Positions 1-12,148 of a stretch of 64,000 nt of DNA are shown in pieces (within the stretch, counting starts at the first letter, position 1; each line of letters opens with the position of its first letter). The notes under the pieces are model-generated. The model made no database searches and was not told the origin of the DNA. It worked only from the letters and a program-made list of their open reading frames with translations. The translations under genes and the position numbers were made by a program. This DNA comes from Eledone cirrhosa (Eukaryota): positions 5,828,001 through 5,892,000 of the forward strand of contig OZ024764.1 of assembly GCA_964016885.1 (NCBI GenBank). Reading direction: 5' to 3'.

Positions 1-458
1 ACCAACACAACCACTTTACAGGGTATACTGGGTGTTTTTTGTCCTGTCACCAACAAAACCACTTTACAGGGTGTACTGGGTGTTTTTTGTCCTGTCACCA
101 AAACAACCACTTTACAGGGTGTACTGGGTGTTTTTTGTCCTGTCACCAACAAAACCACTTTACAGGGTGTACTGGGTGTTTTTTGTCCTGTCACCAACAC
201 AACCACTTTACAGGGTGTACTGGGTGTTTTTTGTCCTGTCACCAACACAACCACGTTACAGGGTGTACTGGGTGTTTTTTGTCCTGTCACCAACACAACC
301 ACTTTACAGGGTGTACTGGGTGTTTTTTGTCCTGTCACCAACACAACCACTTTACAGGGTGTACTGGGTGTTTTTTGTCCTGTCACCAACACAACCACTT
401 TACAGGGTGTACTGGGTGTTTTTTGTCCTGTCACCAACACAACCACGTTACAGGGTAT
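1..458 (+). repeat. 48-bp minisatellite (accaacacaaccactttacagggtgtactgggtgttttttgtcctgtc), LZTR1 intron 11
   Basis: About 9.5 near-identical tandem units; related to arrays at 8279-9183 and 54925-55700. Confidence 0.95.
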
Positions 459-479
459 ATACAACCAAAACAATTATTA

Positions 480-716
480 ACACACACACAGAAATATTTA
501 CACATACACAAACACTGACCCACACAGAGAACACTGTCACACACACACTTACTGTCACACATACACACAACACAGTCTACACACACACACACACACACAC
601 ACGATACTCACCCTGTCCACACTCGCACACACACACTGACATTCACACACACACAAACACTGACATACATAGACACATACACACTGACATACACACACAC
701 ACGTACACACTGACAC
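480..716. repeat. (CA)n-rich microsatellite
   Basis: Low-complexity CA runs. Confidence 0.9.
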
Positions 717-735
717 AAAGAAGTAGCGTCCTTAC

Positions 736-828
736 CGCTCCAACAATGAAGGAAACATCACAGAATTGACGAGACTCCAGCAGACGTTCATAGTCTTCGT
801 GTAGGGTACATTTGGGATAACTGGAGAA
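736..828 (-). CDS. LZTR1: LZTR1 coding exon 11 ([31 protein letters not shown]), start of BTB domain
   Basis: tttcag acceptor, gtaag donor, 93 nt, phase 0/0; matches recalled human LZTR1 [31 protein letters not shown]. Confidence 0.95.
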
Positions 829-3800
829 CTGAAATAGGATATAGACCTGTTGTAGGGTACATTTGGGATAACTGGAGAACTGAAATAGGATATAGACCTG
901 CTGTAGGATACATTTGGGATAACTGGAGAACTGAAATAGGATATAGACCTGTTGTAGGATACATTTGGGATAACTGGAGAACTGAAATAGGATATAGACC
1001 TGTTGTAGGGTACATTTGGGATAACTGGAGAACTGAAATAGGATATAGACCTGTTGTAGGGTACATTTGGGATAACTGGAGAACTGAAATAGGATATAGA
1101 CCTGTTGTAGGGTACATTTGGGATAACTGGAGAACTGAAATAGGATATAGACCTGTTGTAGGGTACATTTGGGATAACTGGAGAACTGAAATAGGATATA
1201 GACCTGTTGTAGGGTACATTTGGGATAACTGGAGAACTGAAATAGGATATAGACCTGTTGTAGGTTACATTTGGGATAACTGGAGAACTGAAATAGGATA
1301 TAGACCTGTTGTAGGGTACATTTGGGAGAACTGAAATAGGATATAGACCTGTTGTAGGATACATTTGGGATAACTGGAGAACTGAAATAGGATATAGACC
1401 TGTTCTAGGGTACATTTGGGATAACTGGAGAACTGAAATAGGATATAGACCTGTTGTAGGATACATTTGGGATAACTGGAGAACTGAAATAGGATATAGA
1501 CCTGTTGTAGGGTACATTTGGGATAACTGGAGAACTGAAATAGGATATAGACCTGTTGTAGGATACATTTGGGATAACTGGAGAACTGAAATAGGATATA
1601 GACCTGTTGTAGGATACATTTGGGATAACTGGAGAACTGAAATAGGATATAGACCTGTTGTAGGGTACATTTGGGATAACTGGAGAACTGAAATAGGATA
1701 TAGACCTGTTGTAGGATACATTTGGGATAACTGGAGAACTGAAATAGGATATAGACCTGTTGTAGGGTACATTTGGGATAACAGGAGAACTGAAATAGGA
1801 TATAGACCTGTTGTAGGATACATTTGGGATAACTGGAGAACTGAAATAGGATATAGACCTGTTGTAGGGTACATTTGGGATAACTGGAGAACTGAAATGG
1901 GATATAGACCTGTTGTAGGGTACATTTGGGATAACTGGAGAACTGAAATGGGATATAGACCTGTTGTAGGGTACATTTGGGATAACTGGAGAACAAATAG
2001 GATATAGACCTGCTGTAGGGTACATTTGGGATAACTGGAGAACTGAAATAGGATATAGACCTGTTGTAGGGTACATTTGGGATAACTGGAGAACTGAAAT
2101 AGGATATAGACCTGTTGTAGGGTACATTTGGGAGAACTGAAATAGGATATAGACCTGTTGTAGGATACATTTTGGATAACTGGAGAACTGAAATAGGATA
2201 TAGACCTGTTGTAGGATACATTTGGGATAACTGGAGAACTGAAATAGGATATAGACCTGTTCTAGGGTACATTTGGGATAACTGGAGAACTGAAATAGGA
2301 TATAGACCTGCTGTAGGGTACATTTGGGATAACTGGAGAACTGAAATAGGATATAGACCTGTTGTAGGGTACATTTGGGATAACTGGAGAACTGAAATAG
2401 GATATAGACCTGTTGTAGGGTACATTTGGGATAACTGGAGAACTGAAATAGGATATAGACCTGCTGTAGGGTACATTTGGGATAACTGGAGAACTGAAAT
2501 AGGATATAGACCTGTTGTAGGGTACATTTGGGATAACTGGAGAACTGAAATAGGATATAGACCTGTTGTAGGGTACATTTGGGATAACTGGAGAACTGAA
2601 ATAGGATATAGACCTGTTGTAGGATACATTTGGGATAACTGGAGAACTGAAATAGAATATAGACCTGTTGTAGGGTACATTTGGGATAACTGGAGAACTG
2701 AAATAGGATATAGACCTGTTGTAGGGTACATTTGGGATAACTGGAGAACTGAAATAGGATATAGACCTGTTGTAGGGTACATTTGGGATAACTGGAGAAC
2801 CGAAATAGGATATAGACCTGTTGTAGGATACATTTGGGATAACTGGAGAACTGAAATAGGATATAGACCTGTTGTAGGGTACATTTGGGATAACTGGAGA
2901 ACTGAAATAGGATATAGACCTGTTGTAGGATACATTTGGGATAACTGGAGAACTGAAATAGGATATAGACCTGTTGTAGGATACATTTGGGATAACTGGA
3001 GAACTGAAATAGGATATAGACCTGTTGTAGGGTACATTTGGGATAACTGGAGAACTGAAATAGGATATAGACCTGTTGTAGGATACATTTGGGATAACTG
3101 GAGAACTGAAATAGGATATAGACCTGTTGTAGGGTACATTTGGGATAACTGGAGAACTGAAATAGGATATAGACCTGTTGTAGGATACATTTGGGATAAC
3201 TGGAGAACTGAAATAGGATATAGACCTGTTGTAGGGTACATTTGGGATAAAAGGAGAACTGAAATAGGATATAGACCTGTTGTAGGATACATTTGGGATA
3301 ACTGGAGAACTGAAATAGGATATAGACCTGTTGTAGGGTACATTTGGGATAACTGGAGAACTGAAATGGGATATAGACCTGTTGTAGGGTACATTTGGGA
3401 TAACTGGAGAACTGAAATGGGATATAGACCTGTTGTAGGGTACATTTGGGATAACTGGAGAACAAATAGGATATAGACCTGCTGTAGGGTACATTTGGGA
3501 TAACTGGAGAACTGAAATAGGATATAGACCTGTTGTAGGGTACATTTGGGATAACTGGAGAACTGAAATAGGATATAGACCTGTTGTAGGGTACATTTGG
3601 GAGAACTGAAATAGGATATAGACCTGTTGTAGGATACATTTGGGATAACTGGAGAACTGAAATAGGATATAGACCTGTTGTAGGATACATTTGGGATAAC
3701 TGGAGAACTGAAATAGGATATAGACCTGCTGTAGGGTACATTTGGGATAACTGGAGAACTGAAATAGGATATAGACCTGTTGTAGGGTACATTTGGGATA

Positions 3801-5795
3801 ACTGGAGAACTGAAATAGGATATAGACCTGTTGTAGGGTACATTTGGGATAACTGGAGAACTGAAATAGGATATAGACCTGCTGTAGGGTACATTTGGGA
3901 TAACTGGAGAACTGAAATAGGATATAGACCTGTTGTAGGGTACATTTGGGATAACTGGAGAACTGAAATAGGATATAGACCTGTTGTAGGGTACATTTGG
4001 GATAACTGGAGAACTGAAATAGGATATAGACCTGTTGTAGGATACATTTGGGATAACTGGAGAACTGAAATAGAATATAGACCTGTTGTAGGGTACATTT
4101 GGGATAACTGGAGAACTGAAATAGGATATAGACCTGTTGTAGGGTACATTTGGGATAACTGGAGAACTGAAATAGGATATAGACCTGTTGTAGGGTACAT
4201 TTGGGATAACTGGAGAACCGAAATAGGATATAGACCTGTTGTAGGATACATTTGGGATAACTGGAGAACTGAAATAGGATATAGACCTGTTGTAGGGTAC
4301 ATTTGGGATAACTGGAGAACTGAAATAGGATATAGACCTGTTGTAGGATACATTTGGGATAACTGGAGAACTGAAATAGGATATAGACCTGTTGTAGGGT
4401 ACATTTGGGATAACTGGAGAACTGAAATAGGATATAGACCTGTTGTAGGGTACATTTGGGATAACTGGAGAACCGAAATAGGATATAGACCTGTTGTAGG
4501 ATACATTTGGGATAACTGGAGAACTGAAATAGGATATAGACCTGTTGTAGGGTACATTTGGGATAACTGGAGAACTGAAATAGGATATAGACCTGTTGTA
4601 GGATACATTTGGGATAACTGGAGAACTGAAATAGGATATAGACCTGTTGTAGGGTACATTTGGGATAACTGGAGAACTGAAATGGGATATAGACCTGTTA
4701 TAGGGTACATTTGGGATAACTGGAGAACTGAAATGGGATATAGACCTGTTGTAGGGTACATTTGGGATAACTGGAGAACAAATAGGATATAGACCTGCTG
4801 TAGGGTACATTTGGGATAACTGGAGAACTGAAATAGGATATAGACCTGTTGTAGGGTACATTTGGGATAACTGGAGAACTGAAATAGGATATAGACCTGT
4901 TGTAGGGTACATTTGGGATAACTGGAGAACTGAAATAGGATATAGACCTGCTGTAGGGTACATTTGGGATAACTGGAGAACTGAAATAGGATATAGACCT
5001 GTTGTAGGGTACATTTGGGATAACTGGGGAACTGAAATAGGATATAGACCTGTTGTAGGGTACATTTGGGATAACTGGAGAACTGAAATGGGATATAGAC
5101 CTGTTGTAGGGTACATTTGGGATAGCTGGAGAACAAATAGGATATAGACCTGCTGTAGGGTACATTTGGGATAACTGGAGAACTGAAATAGGATATAGAC
5201 CTGCTGTAGGGTACATTTGGGATAACTGGAGAACTGAAATGGGATATAGACCTGTTGTAGGGTACATTTGGGATAACTGGAGAACAAATAGGATATAGAC
5301 CTGCTGTAGGGTACATTTGGGATAACTGGAGAACTGAAATAGGATATAGACCTGTTGTAGGGTACATTTGGGATAACTGGAGAACTGAAATAGGATATAG
5401 ACCTGTTGTAGGGTACATTTGGGATAACTGGAGAACAAATAGGATATAGACCTGCTGTAGGGTACATTTGGGATAACTGGAGAACTGAAATAGGATATAG
5501 ACCTGTTGTAGGATACATTTGGGATAACTGGAGAACTGAAATAGGATATAGACCTGTTGTAGGGTACATTTGGGATAACTGGAGAACTGAAATAGGATAT
5601 AGACCTGTTGTAGGATACATTTGGGATAACTGGAGAACTGAAATAGGATATAGACCTGTTGTAGGGTACATTTGGGATAACTGGAGAACTGAAATAGGAT
5701 ATAGACCTGTTGTAGGATACATTTGGGATAACTGGAGAACTGAAATAGGATATAGACCTGTTGTAGGGTACATTTGGGATAACTGGAGAACTATA
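800..5795 (-). repeat. 51-bp minisatellite (~97 copies) derived from the intron 10/exon 11 junction
   Basis: Minus-strand unit gtctatatcctatttcag-TTCTCCAGTTATCCCAAATGTACCCTACAACAG; the terminal unit overlaps the real exon. Confidence 0.97.
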
Positions 5796-5899
5796 GACAT
5801 AATGTAGGGTAATTTGGGGTAACTAGAGGGCTATAGACATAATGTGGGTAACTAGAGGACTATAGACCTAATGTGGGGTAACTAGAGGACTATATAGAT

Positions 5900-6055
5900 A
5901 ATTGTTTCTACTTTAGGCACAAGGCCAGCAATTACCCAGTACATTACTGGTACTTTATTTTATCGACCCGGTAAGGATGAAAGGCAAAGTTAACCTCGGC
6001 GGGATTTGAACTCAGATCGTAAAGGGACGTAACTATGCTGGAAAGCATGGCGTCC
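5900..6055 (-). mobile_element. tRNA-derived SINE fragment
   Basis: B-box-like GAGTTCAAATCCC on the minus strand; homologous copy at 57445-57633. Confidence 0.75.
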
Positions 6056-6073
6056 AGCATAGTTACGTCCCTA

Positions 6074-6640
6074 CTATAGAGATAATGTGGGGTATTTTGG
6101 GGTAACTAGAGGACTATAGAGATAATGTGGGGTATTTTGGGATAACTACCGGACTATAGAGATAATGTGGGGTATTTTGGGGGTAACTACAGGACTATAG
6201 AGATAATGTGGGGTAATTTGGGGTAACTACAGGACTATAGAGATAATGTGGGGTATTTTGGGGGTAACTACCAGACTATAGAGATAATGTGGGGTATTTT
6301 GGGGTAACTACAGGACTATAGAGATAATGTGGCGTATTTTGGGGTAACTAGAGGACTATAGAGATAATGTGGGGTATTTTGGGGTAACTACAGGACTATA
6401 GAGATAATGTGGGGTATTTTGGGGTAACTACAGGACTATAGAGATAATGTGGGTATTTTGGGGTAACTACAGGACTATAGAGATATTGTGGGGTATTTTG
6501 GGGTAACTAGAGGACTATAGAGATAATGTGGGGTATTTTGGGGTAACTACAGGACTATAGAGATAATGTGGGGTATTTTGGGGTAACTACAGGACTATAG
6601 AGATAATGTGGGGTATTTTGGGGTAACTAGAGGACTATAC
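6074..6640. repeat. 40-bp minisatellite (ctatagagataatgtggggtattttggggtaactacagga), a diverged relative of the 51-bp array
   Basis: About 14 tandem units; transitional units at 5790-5895. Confidence 0.9.
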
Positions 6641-6689
6641 TAATGTTATATCATGCAATGGCCATACTCAATAATGAGGGGGCAGCCAT

Positions 6690-7368
6690 CATGTATATGT
6701 GTGTGTGTGTGTGTCAGTGTTGTTTGTATGTATGCGTGTGAGTCTGTTTGTATGTGTGTGTGTCAGTGTTTGTATGTGTATGTATGTATGTGTGTGTGTC
6801 AGTGTTTGTATGCGTATGTATGTATGTATGTATGTGTCAGTGTTTGTATGTGTATGTATGTATGTGTGTCAGTGTTTGTATGTGCGTGTGTTAGTGTATG
6901 TATGTATGTGTGTGTGTCAGTGTTTGTATGTGAGTGTATGTATGTGTGTGACAGTATGTATGTGTGTGTCAGTGTTTGTATGTGTGTGTCAGTGTTTGTA
7001 TGTGCGTGTGTATGTATGTGTGTCAGTGTTTGTATGTGCGTGTGTGAGTGTATGTATGTATCGATGTGTGTGTGTCAGTGTTTGTATGTGAGTGTGTGAG
7101 TGTATGTATGCATGTATGTGATTGTATGTATGTATGTATGTATGTGTGTCAGTGTTTGTATGTGCGTGTGTGAGTGTATGTATGTATGTATGTATGTATG
7201 TATGTATGTATGTATGTATGTATGTGTGTCAGTGTTTGTATGTGCGTGTGTGAGTGTATGTATGTATGTATATGTGTGTGCAGTGTTTGTATGTGAGTGT
7301 ATGTATGTGTGAGTGTATGTATGTATGTATCTATGTGTGTGTCAGTGTATGCATGTGAGTGCATGTGT
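6690..7368. repeat. (GT)n/(GTAT)n compound microsatellite
   Basis: Low complexity. Confidence 0.95.
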
Positions 7369-7378
7369 TGAAACCTAC

Positions 7379-7489
7379 CTGAAATCTATATATTTCTCCA
7401 CTGCGAACATTGTTGTCTACTGTACCACCAAATATGTACATAGCGTCAGCAACAACAGCAGCAGCATGGAACAGTCGGCCAGTCGGAAC
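7379..7489 (-). CDS. LZTR1: LZTR1 coding exon 10 ([37 protein letters not shown]), Kelch repeat
   Basis: tatag acceptor, gtagg donor, 111 nt, phase 0/0; matches [37 protein letters not shown]. Confidence 0.97.
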
Positions 7490-7519
7490 CTATACAATGA
7501 CATTCAAATAGACTATTGA

Positions 7520-8170
7520 TCATCATCATCACCACAACTATAATACTGCAATACAGTCTCGGTTTAACCTTTAGGAGGCTGAATTTCTTTTATGAATTAC
7601 TTCCCTTTGATACAGTATTAAAGAGAGATTGCTTAGTCGGTGATTTGTCCCCCACAGCACCAACAAGATTAACATCATCATCATCACAACTATAATACTG
7701 CAATACAGTCTCGGTTTAACCTTTAGGAGGCTGAATTTCTTTTATGAATTACTTCCCTTTGATACAGTATTAAAGAGAGATTGCTTAGTCGGTGATTTGT
7801 CCCCCACAGCACCAACAAGATTAACATCATCATCATCACAACTATAATACTGCAATACAGTCTCGGTTTAACCTTTAGGAGGCTGAATTTCTTTTATGAA
7901 TTACTTCCCTTTGATACAGTATTAAAGAGAGATTGCTTAGTCGGTGATTTGTCCCCCACAGCACCAACAAGATTAACATCATCATCATCACAACTATAAT
8001 ACTGCAATACAGTCTCGGTTTAACCTTTAGGAGGCTGAATTTCTTTTATGAATTACTTCCCTTTGATACAGTATTAAAGAGAGATTGCTTAGTCGGTGAT
8101 TTGTCCCCCACAGCACCAACAAGATTAACATCATCATCATCACAACTATAATACTGCAATACAGTCTTGG
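7520..8170. repeat. 152-bp tandem repeat, about 4.3 essentially identical copies
   Basis: caactataatactgcaat recurs at 7535, 7687, 7839 and onward. Confidence 0.95.
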
Positions 8171-8278
8171 TCTAACATTAACCCTTTACCATTTACATTA
8201 CGCTACATTTACTATCTTATTTTCATAGTAAACACTTTATTTCACATAACAGTGTACTCTATATATAAGTTTGTTCAC

Positions 8279-9183
8279 CAACCACTTTACAGAGTGTACA
8301 GAGCGTATTATATCATGACACCAACACTACCACTTTACAGAGTGTACTGGGTGTACTCTATCATGACACCAACACTACCACTTTACAGAGTGTACTGGGT
8401 GTATTTTATCATGACACCAACACTACCACTTTACAGAGTGTACTGGGTGTACTCTATCATGACACCAACACTACCACTTTACAGAGTGGACTGGGTGTAC
8501 TCTATCATGACACCAACACTACCACTTTACAGAGTGTACTGGGTGTATTTTATCATGACACCAACACTACCACTTTACAGAGTGTACTGGGTGTACTCTA
8601 TCATGACACCAACACTACCACTTTACAGAGTGTACTGGGTGTATTTTATCATGGCACCAACACTACCACTTTACAGAATGTACTGGGTGTACTCTATCAT
8701 GAGACCAACACTACCACTTTACAGAGTGTACTGGGTGTATTTTATCATGACACCAACACTACCAATTTACAGAGTGTACTGGGTGTACTCTATCATGAGA
8801 CCAACACTACCACTTTACAGAGTGTACTGGGTGTACTCTATCATGACACCAACACTACCACTTTACAGAGTGTACTGGGTGTATTTTATCATGACACCAA
8901 CACTACCACTTTACAGAGTGTATTTTATCATGACACCAACACTACCACTTTACAGAGTGTACTGGGTGTATTATATCATGACACCATCACTACCACTTTA
9001 CAGAGTGTACTGGGTGTATTATATCATGACACCAACACTACCACTTTACAGAGTGTACTGGGTGTATTATATCATGACACCAACACTACCACTTTACAGA
9101 GTGTACTGGGTGTACTCTATCATGACACCAACACTACCAATTTACAGAGTGTACTGGGTGTACTCTATGATGACACCAACACT
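8279..9183 (+). repeat. 48-bp minisatellite (accaacactaccactttacagagtgtactgggtgtactctatcatgac)
   Basis: About 19 tandem units. Confidence 0.95.
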
Positions 9184-9262
9184 AGAGAGGTTGTGTTATG
9201 CCCTCAACAAGACAAAGGTATGTTCTGTCCCCTGCCCCATATATAGAAAGGTGTGAGTTTAC

Positions 9263-9317
9263 CTGGCTATCTCTGGAGGGGTCAATTACCGACCAGGTGT
9301 GGGAATCAAGGTCAAAA
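9263..9317 (-). CDS. LZTR1: LZTR1 coding exon 9 (C-FDLDSHTWSVIDPSRDSQ)
   Basis: tttacag acceptor, gtaaac donor, 55 nt, phase 2/0; matches YDVDFQTWEVVQPSSDSE. Confidence 0.92.
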
Positions 9318-9354
9318 CTGTAAAGATAGAAATAGTACAAGGTAACAGTCACAG

Positions 9355-9792
9355 CTACCACACCACACCACACCACACCACACCACAGCCACCTCCACAC
9401 CACACCACACCTACTATCACCCTCTCCCACCACACCACCGCCGCCATCACACTACCACTACCACCTCCACCACCACCACCACTACACCACCATCACACCA
9501 CACTACCACCACCACCACACTACCACACCACCACCATCACACCACATACCACCACACCACCCCCACCACCATCACATCACACCACCACCAGCACCACACC
9601 ACCACCACCACCACACCACCATCACCATCACACCACACCACCACACCTACACCACCACACCATCACCACAACACCTCCACCACCATCACACCACACCACC
9701 ACCACCATCACACCACACCACCACCACCACCACACCACCACCATCACCATCACACCACACCACCACCACCACACCACACCACCACCACCACA
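9355..9792. repeat. (CAC)n/(CACAC)n low-complexity tract filling intron 8
   Basis: Visible in the sequence. Confidence 0.95.
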
Positions 9793-9802
9793 CTCTACTC
9801 AC

Positions 9803-9949
9803 CAATGAAGGTCATTAGGTAATGTTTGACCAGTGGCACCACCAAAGACATAAAGATGTCTGTCATATGCCACCATGGTGTGGCCATATCTCTTCTCCGG
9901 GGGTGGGGGAGCTCCCCTTAGGATGTGTTCAGTGGAGATGATCGTCCAT
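9803..9949 (-). CDS. LZTR1: LZTR1 coding exon 8 ([48 protein letters not shown])
   Basis: tgacag acceptor, gtgagt donor, 147 nt, phase 2/2; Kelch motif. Confidence 0.97.
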
Positions 9950-10104
9950 CTGTCAAGAAATCAATCAATAATGAAGTCATTGATTAACAATCAATAATCC
10001 AACATTAATTAGTTCAGCTGCAAACAATCAGATATAAGACAGGATGGTCACTGTTGGAACATCTGTTGGATCCAGACTGGCCTGGGGTTAAACAAGAAAG
10101 GACT

Positions 10105-11358
10105 CATTAGATAGTGTAGTCCTAGATACACTGTGTCTTTATATAAGACAGGACATATTAGATAGTGTAGTCCTAGATACACTGTGTCTGTATATAAGAC
10201 AGGACCCATTAGATAGTGTAGTCCTAGGTACACTGTGTCTGTATATAAAACAGGACACATTAGATAGTGTAGTCCTAGATACACTGTGTCTGTATATAAG
10301 ACAGGACACATTAGATAATGTAGTCCTAGATACACTGTGTCTGTATATAAGACAGGACACATTAGATAGTGTAGTCCTAGATACACTGTGTCTGTATATA
10401 AGACAGGACACATTAGATAGTGTAGTCCTAGATACACTGTGTCTGTATATAAGACACAACACATTAGATAATGTAGTCCTAGGTATACTGTGTCTGTATA
10501 TGACAGGACACATTAGATAGTGTAGTCCTAGATACACTGTGTCTGTATATAAGACAGGACACATTAGATAGTGTAGTCCTAGATACACTGTGTCTGTATA
10601 TAAGACAGGACACATTAGATAATGTAGTCCTAGATACACTGTGTCTGTATATAAGACAGGACACATTAGATAGTGTAGTCCTAGGTACACCGTGTCTGTA
10701 TATAAGACAGGACACATTAGATAATATAGTCCTAGGTACACTGAGTCTGTATATAAGACAGGACACATTAGATAATATAGTCCTAGGTACACTGTGTCTG
10801 TATATAAGACAGGACACATTAGATAATGTAGTCCTAGGTACACTGTGTCTGTATATAAGACAGGACACATTAGATAATGTAGTCCTAGGTACACCGTGTC
10901 TGTATATAAGACAGGACACATTAGATAGTGTAGTCCTAGATACACTGTGTCTGTATATAAGACAGGACACATTAGATAATGTAGTCCTAGATACACTGTG
11001 TCTGTATATAAGACAGGACACATTAGATAGTGTAGTCCTAGGTACACCGTGTCTGTATATAAGACAGGACACATTAGATAATATAGTCCTAGGTACACTG
11101 TGTCTGTATATAAGACAGGACACATTAGATAGTGTAGTCCTAGATACACTGTGTCTGTATATAAGACAGGACACATTAGATAATGTAGTCCTAGGTACAC
11201 CGTGTCTGTATATAAGACAGGACACATTAGATAATATAGTCCTAGGTACACTGTGTCTGTATATAAGACAGGACACATTAGATAATGTAGTCCTAGGTAC
11301 ACTGTGTCTGTATATAAGACAGGACACATTAGATAATGTAGTCCTAGGTACTGTGTCT
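10105..11358. repeat. 51-bp minisatellite (gtatataagacaggacacattagatagtgtagtcctagatacactgtgtct)
   Basis: About 24 tandem units. Confidence 0.95.
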
Positions 11359-11601
11359 AAATATGTGTATACATATATATATATCATCATCATTTCTGTT
11401 TAGCATCAATTCTTCCATGGGTCAGACAGTCCGTCCATGCTGGAAAGTCTAACCATGGTTTAGCCGGTAGAGCTTCATCCCGATGATGTGAAGTTACAAA
11501 ATCAGAAATTTTATAACACATATAGACTAGGGATGTGTAACATATTGCAATGGTGGGCCACTTTTGAATATTGGAACATCTATTTGGGACATTAATATTT
11601 A

Positions 11602-12083
11602 CTATGAGAAAACCACCCTATGGGTGGTTTTCTGCTAGCATGTGTAGTGTGTATATTGATATTATACACAAGTATACATACATGTAGATATGATACCTCA
11701 AATAAAATCATAATTGACAATATACACAGAAATTGAAGAGAGACTGTGTTACACTGTCTTCTGTAATCAGTAAAGTAATCCATGATACATTAAAAAAAGA
11801 CGATATTATATATAAACTGCATTAGGAGAAAATTAGTGACAGAAATACATGAATGTTTATTTAAGCGATCGCTAACCGGAAGTGTTGACATTTGAAAATT
11901 AAAAAAAAGTGAATCTTTAAATAAACAATAAAATATATTTAATCAACAGCTACGAAATTTAGTGGATACATTATGTAATATTCATTCATTATTTATTCAA
12001 AGTAATCCAACTTATTTTAGTAATGGGATAAAAAAATATAAACCGTACGCAGTCCCGCACTCCTTACTTTATTATAGTTTAGA
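11602..12083 (-). mobile_element. Non-autonomous Helitron-like insertion
   Basis: Minus strand begins TC and ends with a 12-bp-stem hairpin plus (C)ATAG; lies between A and T with no target-site duplication relative to the empty site near 62227. Confidence 0.75.
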
Positions 12084-12148
12084 TTAAACACTATTCCAAA
12101 GATACACCACAATTTCTTTCCATAACATGGAACTGGGAAATTATAACA

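Noticed and set aside
732-5800. Very long ORFs (up to 1511 aa) on both strands
   Set aside because: These are translations of the 51-bp minisatellite; only 736-828 is a supported exon.
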